From the IMG/VR virus record IMGVR_UViG_3300032373_000001: DNA of 64,000 nucleotides; one strand, written 5' to 3'. The notes beneath the pieces are model-generated. The model ran no database searches. It worked only from the letters and a program-made list of their open reading frames with translations, and had not been told where the DNA came from. The position numbers and the translations under genes are program-made. Every line of letters begins with the position of its first letter. Within the stretch, counting starts at the first letter, position 1. The DNA comes from a virus. Taxonomy: Duplodnaviria > Caudoviricetes. This document shows, one piece after another, positions 56,668 through 64,000 of the stretch.

Positions 56668-58580
56668 CGACGGCGGCCTCGGGGAATGGTGCGACTACTG
56701 TGGGACCCTACCCCAGTGCGGCGCGCGGACCTTCGGGAATTCCCGAAGGGGGTCTTGCCTGCTGAAGGCAGGCCCCGGCGACCGGACGCCCCCAGCGTTG
56801 CATGCTGGTAGGTCTTGTTCTGGGTAGCGCAGAACACCATGCGAACCAAAGCGTCACTGTAGTCGTCGTGTTTCCCTTCCATCTGGGGGGCCTCGACGTT
56901 GACGATGTACTTGGACTTGTACTCCGCCTGAAGCTCCAACAGCTCTTGGATGTAGTCACACCACTCCTCGTCGTCCGCCAACGGCCAGTTGTAGAGCCGC
57001 ATCTTATGGTCCATCATGAGGTGCATGAAATTGGTGTAGACCTGGGAGTTGAAGCTGGGGTTGAACAGCTTCGACTTGATGTTCTTCAGGCCACGGCGGT
57101 TCAGCGCCTGCTCGAAAGGGATGCCAGCCCACTGGTCGAACATCCCCTCCACGATGTAGAAGCGCTTGCTCAGGTCGTAGACCCAGTCCGCGACGTGATC
57201 GAACTCCAACCGCTCGTAGTCTGCGTAGTCGCCCTCGCCAGCGCGGATGCGCTCGATGTAGTCCAAGACTACGTTGCCATCCGGGTCGTTGTGGCCAACG
57301 GCGACTGCAGAATAGTCGCCGACGAGGGCGATGTCGACGCCCATGAAGTGGGGGGCGCGAGGCTGTGCCCGGAGCTTGGGGCGCATGTCGGGGACCACGC
57401 AATCGTGCAGGTCCTTGGGGGTCTGGATCCAGCCACGAGTCTGATCGCTGAAGATCGCACCGAACTCAGTGTCGAAGACGTTGGGGTCCTTTAGGTAAGA
57501 ACCGACGAACGTCTCAGCAGGAACTGTGGGGTTGACCTCCCACGTAGGGGCCTGGATGCAGAGGAGGTTGTCTGCGGCTGCGTTGTCGCCAAAACCCAAC
57601 CGGAACTGCTTATAGAAAAGGCCCTGCTTGCCCAGCGGCGAGGAGATCATGATGATCCGACCCTCGTTCTCTCCGACAGGCTTGGTCTTGTCGTTGGGGT
57701 CCTTCTTGCTGAAGGTACGGGTAGAAGGCTCGACCGCCTGATAGACCTCGTCGGCCGACGCCTGCCCCTTGTCTCCGAAGTGAGCGACCTCATCCAGGGC
57801 AACCAGCAGGTTGGCTCCACCACGAAGGCCCTTAGCCACACAAGACCGGAAGGTCACGTTGATGCTGAACCGGGCCTTGGGGTTGTCCGCGTAGGACCCG
57901 TACTGCTCGATGTCATAGGGGGTCTGGAAGGTGGCATAGCTCTGCGTGGCGTTCGCAGCATAGGGTCGGAAGAAGTCACACTTGGTGAAGTGCCCCGAGG
58001 CCTCCCTGTAGAGCAAGGACGCCTGGTCCTTGTCGGTAGCGACCGAGATCAGCTGGATGACGTTCGATTGAGAAGAGCCGTAGTATGCCTGGGGGTTGCC
58101 CTTCAGGAGGAGCTTGTACGCCTCATAGGCGACGATGCAAGACGTGATCAGCGTCTTCCCAGAACGGCGACCAACACTGAGTACCATCTCGCGGCGCTGC
58201 CTGCCAGGGACGACCGCATCGATGTTGCAGCGGCCCTCACTGTGGAGGTACTTGATGTAGCTGGCCTCGGTGTGGTACTGAGGGTTCTGCCGCCGGAAGT
58301 CTGTGATGACCACCCGATAGACGTAGAAACCATCCGTGTCAACGAGGTCTTCGTCGTAGGCTGGGTGGTTAGTCGGGATCGGCACATCCAGCGGGAACCC
58401 GAGGGGGTTGTCGTCCAGCCCCATACCATAGTGGGCCTTGAGGATGATACGCTGAACCGGGAACAGCTTGAGGCCCAGCCCCCACTCACTCTCCACGAAC
58501 GTAATGATGTCAACCGCCGCATCGTCCGTAGAGTTAGACGAGCGGCGACCGACGCCAGCTACCAGGTTCCCCAGGCTCAT
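56664..58580 (-). CDS. terL: Terminase large subunit
   Basis: Walker A GRRSGKT, Walker B LVALDEVAH, coupling motif ISSP, nuclease FMGVDIA and HDDYSDA. Confidence 0.93.
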   Translation of the reverse strand: MSLGNLVAGVGRRSSNSTDDAAVDIITFVESEWGLGLKLFPVQRIILKAHYGMGLDDNPLGFPLDVPIPTNHPAYDEDLVDTDGFYVYRVVITDFRRQNPQYHTEASYIKYLHSEGRCNIDAVVPGRQRREMVLSVGRRSGKTLITSCIVAYEAYKLLLKGNPQAYYGSSQSNVIQLISVATDKDQASLLYREASGHFTKCDFFRPYAANATQSYATFQTPYDIEQYGSYADNPKARFSINVTFRSCVAKGLRGGANLLVALDEVAHFGDKGQASADEVYQAVEPSTRTFSKKDPNDKTKPVGENEGRIIMISSPLGKQGLFYKQFRLGFGDNAAADNLLCIQAPTWEVNPTVPAETFVGSYLKDPNVFDTEFGAIFSDQTRGWIQTPKDLHDCVVPDMRPKLRAQPRAPHFMGVDIALVGDYSAVAVGHNDPDGNVVLDYIERIRAGEGDYADYERLEFDHVADWVYDLSKRFYIVEGMFDQWAGIPFEQALNRRGLKNIKSKLFNPSFNSQVYTNFMHLMMDHKMRLYNWPLADDEEWCDYIQELLELQAEYKSKYIVNVEAPQMEGKHDDYSDALVRMVFCATQNKTYQHATLGASGRRGLPSAGKTPFGNSRRSARRTGVGSHSSRTIPRGRRR

Positions 58581-59275
58581 GCGATCTTATCCTTCATCTT
58601 GCGCTTGGCGTCTTCCTTCCAGACATCAGCGTCCACCGACTTCACGAGATTGGTAAACGTGGTCTCGATCAGCTCCTCGCGGCAACCTGCCTGAGCCATG
58701 GCATCCTTGAAAGTCTCCAGGATGAACACGAACAGCGCTTCAAAGGCCGGGGAGTCCAGGTCGACCATGTTGGCCGAGGCGATCTTCTTCCTGTTGATCC
58801 AGAGGTCCGCCATGGACTTCAAGACCCGAGCGCGCTGCGCAGCGTACTTTGGGATGTCTTCAGGGCGACCTTGACGTTGAAGCTCCAGGCGCTCGAACTT
58901 GATCATCGCCGCTTCTTCGCTGAGCGCCTTCATCATCTGGGTGAAGGCGTCATCCCCCTCAGCGTCATTTCGGAGAGACTGAACCACCCGGTCGCCTGAG
59001 ACCAAGTCCTCCCGCGCCTCTTCGATCTCTTGGACCTGGGGGTTCGCAACCGGAAGGTGCGACTTAACCTTGTTCCGGCCCGGCTTGGACCGCATGACGA
59101 TGGGGGCCTTGGGGTTTCCCTTCAAGGTCAGGATCGCGTGGTCCTGAAGGTCCACCGCATCGGGGCGAACATAGCGCTCGTTGCCATTGGCGTCCAGGAC
59201 CTTGACACGCTGAGTCCCCGCAGGCAAGTTCGCCAAGATGTCTTTGCGGTCTTGGGGGGTCTGTTTCGTTGTCAC
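58577..59275 (-). CDS. Probable terminase small subunit
   Basis: Immediately upstream of and overlapping terL; helical C-terminal half. Positional inference only. Confidence 0.5.
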   Translation of the reverse strand: MTTKQTPQDRKDILANLPAGTQRVKVLDANGNERYVRPDAVDLQDHAILTLKGNPKAPIVMRSKPGRNKVKSHLPVANPQVQEIEEAREDLVSGDRVVQSLRNDAEGDDAFTQMMKALSEEAAMIKFERLELQRQGRPEDIPKYAAQRARVLKSMADLWINRKKIASANMVDLDSPAFEALFVFILETFKDAMAQAGCREELIETTFTNLVKSVDADVWKEDAKRKMKDKIA

Positions 59276-59297
59276 AGGGAGCCTCCGACAGGTGGGA

Positions 59298-60188
59298 TCA
59301 GCGGATCAAGACCGGACCGATCGAGGGTTCCCCGCTGCCCAGGACCCGGCGGTCGGGGCTGAAGGTGAAGTTCTGAGGAGAAGCTCCACCGCCATAGAAG
59401 GAAGTCCTGTTCCCGGTCGGCCCTGCGGGACCCGTCACAGTAACAGTCGGGCCCACAACACTGGCAGTGTACCCTGGAAGGGCATCGATCGCCGCCTCCA
59501 AGCGGGAAGCGACCGCATCTACATCAACGACAGCTGTGTAGTCGATCGTGATGGTGGTGGCAGCGTCCGGGGGAAGACCCGTCGTGTCGAGGGTGATGGC
59601 CCCTGTCGTGTAGTTGATTGAAGAGCCGCCAGGGTTGCCATCGCCAGTGAACCCTCCGACCCCATCACCCACCTGGGACCGGCCCACTGCCCCCGAGGTC
59701 CAATTTAGGGTGACAGAGCCCGCTTCGACCGGAATGTTGGCGGGAACATTGATCAGGTTGGGGCCTGCGGTGCTGAATACAGCAAGGGCTCCGTTGGGGG
59801 CAGTGTCGGTGATGTCCTCACCGGCGTAAGCTACGCCAGACTCGACGTCGAAGTCGACCCCAGACTCCAGGACATACTCCCCCAACCGGATCGTCGTAGG
59901 CCCCGCAAAACTGGTCGCAGCGACCGCGATAGTTCCAGTGGCCCGGACTGGGACCGGGGAGGTGGTGTAGTCCACGTGCCCCACCCGCGTATGAACCCCA
60001 GGCGAGTTGCCCTGCTGGTTCTCGGTGCCCTGCTCGTTGCCGGGGATCTCCGGGAAGTGCTGGATCGTGAACTCGGAACGCACCTTCACCGGGTTGCCGC
60101 TGGCACCCTTCGACGGGTCGCTGCTCCCCCGAAGGTTGGCGACCAAGATCTTGAACGGTTTCTGACCGGAGATGAGCTTGCGGGACAT
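59298..60188 (-). CDS. Probable virion structural protein
   Basis: G/T/A-rich, with modules resembling those in 52597..54147 and 50751..51983; AGGAGG RBS. Confidence 0.65.
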   Translation of the reverse strand: MSRKLISGQKPFKILVANLRGSSDPSKGASGNPVKVRSEFTIQHFPEIPGNEQGTENQQGNSPGVHTRVGHVDYTTSPVPVRATGTIAVAATSFAGPTTIRLGEYVLESGVDFDVESGVAYAGEDITDTAPNGALAVFSTAGPNLINVPANIPVEAGSVTLNWTSGAVGRSQVGDGVGGFTGDGNPGGSSINYTTGAITLDTTGLPPDAATTITIDYTAVVDVDAVASRLEAAIDALPGYTASVVGPTVTVTGPAGPTGNRTSFYGGGASPQNFTFSPDRRVLGSGEPSIGPVLIR

Positions 60189-60243
60189 AGGCCCTCCTGA
60201 AACAGGAGAACCATAGGCGAGTTACCGCAAGAAGCCCCGACGA

Positions 60244-61236
60244 TCAGGAGCTGGCGTATCCGTAGAAGAGCCAGCCGCCCGGCACAGGAACCGCGAAAGC
60301 GGGTCCCCACTTGTCGTTATTGTCCCCATCCTCGTACGCGAAATTCCGAGCTTCCCTCAGCGTTCGCGGCTTCCGGTCCCGGACCTTGAATCCGTGCTTC
60401 TCTGCGATAGTCCCAGAGTAGCCCTCATAATCTTCCCCTTCCTCTTCGGCCTCGAACCGCGCTTCGCTCTCTGCCGAAGCGCGAAGGTCCTCGAAGACCT
60501 TCTTGGGGTCTGACCCCCGGCCCCAGACAGAGAAGAAGTCTGCGCCAGCAGACTTCCCCCGTGCGGCCATGTACCGGGACAGGACGCGGAGCGGGTCGAG
60601 GGAAGCAGGTCTGCCTGCACTGAGGTTTTCCCGCCTCAGACGGTCCATCGTAGGCGGCCGGCATCCAGCCATGACTTGTCTCCCTTCGGGAGTGATCTCT
60701 CTCTCGATCGCGCAGGCAACCCTGCGTACCAGATAAGAGGGCCATTTCTCCGACCACTTGCTGTAGAAGAAGTCCTCGCCGCACACGCGGACGAGCTTCT
60801 CGGGGTTGGGCATGTTGGAGTCTGCTACCCAAACACACCTGCCCGTCAGGTCCCCGTAGCCTGCACAGTAGGGGGGCAATCCCCCTTCCGGCAACCCGTC
60901 GGTCACATCGAAGACCACCGAAGCGTGGGACCAGTCTCGACCTTCGGGATTCCAGGAGATCATGACAGGGGCACCTTTGTCGGTCCACTCCCGGAGTTGG
61001 GTGACTGTGGAAGGCGTCGTCAGGGTAGCCCGACAGCCGTAGTGCTGAGCTGTGGCCAGCGCCTGCTCCCACGCAGCCCCCCGCGTCGGGGTAGCCCCCA
61101 TGACCTGATTGACCTCATCCTCATCGCACTGATGCCCCAGAGCCTGGAGCGCCATACACATCGAGGTGGCCATACAGCTAAACTGAGTTCGCTGCCGGAC
61201 AGGTTTGATCATCGCCTTTGCGAAGAAATTCCTCAC
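60244..61236 (-). CDS. C39-like papain-fold peptidase fused to a second small domain
   Basis: QRTQFSC (Q..C) and WSHASVVFD (H, D). GTG start at 61236 overlaps the kinase stop, with AGGAGG RBS. Second domain GYSGTIAEK...DKWGPA...WLFYGYASS. Confidence 0.72.
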   Translation of the reverse strand: MRNFFAKAMIKPVRQRTQFSCMATSMCMALQALGHQCDEDEVNQVMGATPTRGAAWEQALATAQHYGCRATLTTPSTVTQLREWTDKGAPVMISWNPEGRDWSHASVVFDVTDGLPEGGLPPYCAGYGDLTGRCVWVADSNMPNPEKLVRVCGEDFFYSKWSEKWPSYLVRRVACAIEREITPEGRQVMAGCRPPTMDRLRRENLSAGRPASLDPLRVLSRYMAARGKSAGADFFSVWGRGSDPKKVFEDLRASAESEARFEAEEEGEDYEGYSGTIAEKHGFKVRDRKPRTLREARNFAYEDGDNNDKWGPAFAVPVPGGWLFYGYASS

Positions 61237-63221
61237 GACTCCTCCTGTACGGGTGCCGCTGGCAAGCGGACCCAAAAAGTGCAACCCCGGCCGTGGCCAT
61301 CGCTTTCGACCCCCGCAGCACCCCCATGACGCTCGGCGATGCTTCTACAGAGCGCCAAGCCCACCCCCGTACCTTCAGACAGGTCAGGTCGGATGCGGGC
61401 ATAGAGACCCCAGATCTTGCCCTGCTCGGAGGGAGACAGACCCACCCCGTTGTCTTTCAGATACACAGTCAAAAACCCAGCGTCGATCTCTGACCAGACC
61501 GCCAAAGTCGGTTGCGGAGAAGTGTTGTACTTCGAGGCATTGCGGACGATGTTGTAGAACATTTCCCGGATCAGCCTGGAAGACCCCAAGACAGTGCAGT
61601 CCGGTGACGGTGCCATAGTGACACCCAAACCAGCCCGGCCTGCTTCTCGGACCAAAGACTCGAACAGAAAGTGCAAAGATACCGGCTCCAGCTCGTCAGG
61701 ATCCAGGTGGCGTGCCTCACTAAACCGATAGAGGCCACCGACCAAGTCCACGATCTTGCGGCCCTCCTCCGCAATCATGAGGAGCATTTCCCGGTGCTCC
61801 TCTGGGAGCTCGGGGGACTCCCAGAGGATCTCCTCGGCCAACCCCACGATACTACGCGGACCGCTCTTGAGCTGGTGTACGCTGGCAGAAGCAACGCGCT
61901 CCAAGTCCGCGTTGCTTCTGCGAAGAACTGCCAGGGCTTGGTGGGTGTCGTGAACGTCGGACCCCACAAAATAAATCTTGCCGGGGTCCGCCGAGACGGC
62001 GGACCAAGACACCCAGCGATACTCGCCGGTCTTGTGCCGCCACCGATTGCGGTACGAGGAAGAGGCACACCCGCTCAAGAGCTGGCCTTGAGCCTCGCGG
62101 GTCGTCGCCAAGTCTTCGGGGTGGATGAAGGACTCTACACCCTTAGCACAGAGCTCCCCCTCCGAAGAGGAGCCTGACCAACTCAGCAGAGCCTTGTTTG
62201 CCCAGAGGACCTTCTTGCCCTCTTGAATCCGAATAAAAGACAAAGACAGGTCGATCAACTCCTTGGCCTCTTCGCGCTCCTTGATGCGGGCGATCTCCCC
62301 CGTAACGTCTCGCCCGACCCCGTACATGTACTCCCCGATCAGGGACCCTCGCCACTCGATCGTGCGGTAAGGCCCCTTCTGGGCAGCGAGGGAGCCGGGC
62401 TTCGTCCGGTATCGGTTCCTGTATCCTTGAAGAGGAACCCCGGACTCTGACTCTTCTTTGACATGATCAGTGCCGGGGAGGTCCTCTGGGTGCATCAAGT
62501 CTTGGAAGCGGGTGGACTCGATCTCTTCGGGGGTCCACCCGAGAACGTCAGTCCAAGCCTTGTTCACACTGGTGTAGTAGTCCGAACCAGCCTTCATCAG
62601 GCCATACATCTCTGCGGCCTCGTCATAGATCGCCGAGGACAGAAACAGCCTCCGCTCGAACTCGACTTCTTGAGTGACATCGCGGGCCACCGCATAGATG
62701 TTCTTGCCGTCTAAGACAGCCCCACACCACTGAAGCCAGCGATATTCGCCCTTCTCCGCTGCGGGCGTCCCGGGCTTCGTCCGGTATCGGTTCTTGAACC
62801 GATACACGCGGGACCCGCCCTCAACATCACCCTTCTCTTCTACGGTTCGGAGGACGTCTTCGGGATGTACGAGCTCCTCCAAGAAGTTCATCGACTCAAC
62901 CTCTTCTGGAGTCCAACCCAAAACCGTTTCCCAGGCATCGTTTGGGTTCTTGAAAGAAGTGCCGCCCACCGGCATCAGGGCGTAAAGCTCATTTCCTCCC
63001 TCCAAGAGGCGTTGCATTAACAGGAGGCGCCGACCCCGCTTCTCCCCAGACTTAAACAGCTGACGCAGGACTACCAGAGAGACCAGCAGCAAGAGGGAAA
63101 CCCACCCCTGGTACACCCAAGAAGGGAAGTCCAAGAAGGGCTGCGAGATGGCCGAAAACCCCAAGACGCACACCAGCAGGTAGACCCAACCCTTGACGTT
63201 CGCGCGCAGCTCACTAATCAT
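61233..63221 (-). CDS. Membrane-bound sensor histidine kinase with three PAS/PAC domains
   Basis: Two N-terminal TM helices; three HPED...RW..W...RDV PAS units; H-box VHQLK; N-box NIVRNASKY; G1 DNGVG; G2 GTGVGLA. Confidence 0.92.
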   Translation of the reverse strand: MISELRANVKGWVYLLVCVLGFSAISQPFLDFPSWVYQGWVSLLLLVSLVVLRQLFKSGEKRGRRLLLMQRLLEGGNELYALMPVGGTSFKNPNDAWETVLGWTPEEVESMNFLEELVHPEDVLRTVEEKGDVEGGSRVYRFKNRYRTKPGTPAAEKGEYRWLQWCGAVLDGKNIYAVARDVTQEVEFERRLFLSSAIYDEAAEMYGLMKAGSDYYTSVNKAWTDVLGWTPEEIESTRFQDLMHPEDLPGTDHVKEESESGVPLQGYRNRYRTKPGSLAAQKGPYRTIEWRGSLIGEYMYGVGRDVTGEIARIKEREEAKELIDLSLSFIRIQEGKKVLWANKALLSWSGSSSEGELCAKGVESFIHPEDLATTREAQGQLLSGCASSSYRNRWRHKTGEYRWVSWSAVSADPGKIYFVGSDVHDTHQALAVLRRSNADLERVASASVHQLKSGPRSIVGLAEEILWESPELPEEHREMLLMIAEEGRKIVDLVGGLYRFSEARHLDPDELEPVSLHFLFESLVREAGRAGLGVTMAPSPDCTVLGSSRLIREMFYNIVRNASKYNTSPQPTLAVWSEIDAGFLTVYLKDNGVGLSPSEQGKIWGLYARIRPDLSEGTGVGLALCRSIAERHGGAAGVESDGHGRGCTFWVRLPAAPVQEES
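62395..62793. repeat. Exact 24-bp direct repeat CCGGGCTTCGTCCGGTATCGGTTC (62395..62418 and 62770..62793) in PAS1/PAS2
   Basis: Read directly; encodes NRYRTKPG in both PAS domains. Confidence 0.85.
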
Positions 63222-63640
63222 CGAAATTCCGGGAGCTCCGCAAGGTCCAGCCAGAAGTCCGATACTACCTGCACCAAGCTGTCCAAGTCTTGGCGGCCGA
63301 CCGGCTTCTTGAGGTAGCTGTTGGCACCTTGCTCGTACGCACGGACGATGTCCGACGGGGAGGGGGATGTCGTCAGGACCAAGACTGGGATCTTCCTCAA
63401 CAACGCATCCGTCTTTCGGAAGGCCAAGAACTCATGCCCATCCATGACAGGCATGATCAGGTCCAGCAAGATCAGCTGGGGGCGGAGACCCAGCTCAACC
63501 ATAGAGATCGCGTCTCGCCCGTGCACCGCCACCTTGACTTCCACATTCTTGGGGCCATGGCGCTCCAAAGCCTTCCGCATGAGAAAAGCGTCTGCGGGTC
63601 GATCGTCCACGACCAGCAGGACTGGGATTTGGCGAGGCAT
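63218..63640 (-). CDS. Single-domain response regulator receiver (Rcp1/CheY-like)
   Basis: LLVVDD, LILLDLIMP (phospho-Asp), VLTTS, GANSYLKKP. Start moved to MPRQIP at 63640; its stop overlaps the kinase ATG. Confidence 0.92.
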   Translation of the reverse strand: MPRQIPVLLVVDDRPADAFLMRKALERHGPKNVEVKVAVHGRDAISMVELGLRPQLILLDLIMPVMDGHEFLAFRKTDALLRKIPVLVLTTSPSPSDIVRAYEQGANSYLKKPVGRQDLDSLVQVVSDFWLDLAELPEFR

Positions 63641-63641
63641 C

Positions 63642-64000
63642 TCAGCCCCCCGCCATCTGCAAGAAGCCATAGGCTGCTGCGCCACCTACGCCGACCAACC
63701 CCGCCGCCCAGAGGAGGTACTTCCCGAAGCCTTCCCACAGCACGGAAGCTGCCTCGCGGAGTTGCCTGTTCGCCTCATCTTCCCTTCGCCGGGCTGCCTC
63801 CACTTCTCGGTCAGAGAGCTGATGCGCCCGTTCGGCGGAACGCTCCTCCCGGTCCCCAGAGTGCTGGAGCACTCTCTCGATCAGGGACTTCTGATCGGCC
63901 ATCTGGTCCTGACGCTCTTTGCGTTCTTGCGCCAAGAGCTCGTCCATCTTGCCCACAAAGCCGCTGATGGTAGAGAGCAAGGTCTCAGTGGTGACGGTCT
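63642..64000 (-). CDS. Partial coiled-coil protein with C-terminal TM helix (holin-like candidate)
   Basis: Frame is open to the window edge; charged coiled coil then YLLWAAGLVGVGGAAAYGFL. Confidence 0.6.
   Translation of the reverse strand, partial: TVTTETLLSTISGFVGKMDELLAQERKERQDQMADQKSLIERVLQHSGDREERSAERAHQLSDREVEAARRREDEANRQLREAASVLWEGFGKYLLWAAGLVGVGGAAAYGFLQMAGG

Larger units (their letters stand above)
1..64000. mobile_element. Segment of a large tailed dsDNA bacteriophage genome (virion morphogenesis region plus accessory genes)
   Basis: Terminase, portal, prohead protease, scaffold, major capsid, tail fibre/baseplate genes in one dense, mostly co-oriented and overlapping array. No host housekeeping genes; no integrase or att site seen. 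Confidence 0.95.

Noticed and set aside
56664-58580. Possible intein or intron in terL (extra N-terminal segment before Walker A)
   Set aside because: No C/S...HN splice motifs or homing endonuclease signature; the frame is continuous.
1-64000. Stop-codon reassignment (several genes end in TAG)
   Set aside because: Standard code gives long intact ORFs and dense tiling; the next gene starts with its own RBS after each TAG.
1-64000. Integrated prophage boundaries, or tail sheath/tube/tape-measure genes
   Set aside because: No integrase, att repeats or host genes seen. No sheath, tube or tape measure could be recognised; they presumably lie outside the window.

Overview
The whole window reads as a segment of a large, high-GC tailed dsDNA phage genome. 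I found no cellular housekeeping genes, rRNA, tRNA or CRISPR array. Almost all genes lie on the minus strand. Reading from 64 kb down to 1, the order is: membrane protein, response regulator, PAS histidine kinase, C39-like peptidase, structural protein, probable terS, terL, portal, neck/appendage genes, two giant multidomain proteins, prohead protease, scaffold, decoration protein, HK97-fold major capsid protein, tail fibres/baseplate, a membrane (lysis-like) cassette, a third multidomain protein and small genes. A few plus-strand islands interrupt this (vWA protein, 5'-3' exonuclease, MoxR AAA + vWA/metallopeptidase pair). Two things stand out. (1) A candidate modular capsid-cargo system. Three polyproteins (887, ~1472 and 1797 aa) string together effector-like domains (topoisomerase IB, several ADP-ribosyltransferase-like folds, pyrophosphatase, GNAT, 2H phosphoesterase, zincins, SWIM) separated by recurring [KR]-x-A-[SAG] sites. 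Otherwise unrelated small proteins share portable N-terminal leaders (two families) or an RV[LVA][AS][RK]Y-like tag. Together these suggest address labels plus prohead-protease cut sites. (2) A phage-encoded two-component system (triple-PAS kinase with a degenerate H-box plus a single-domain receiver) translationally coupled into the virion morphogenesis operon. All family assignments come from motif recognition by eye; no database searches were run.
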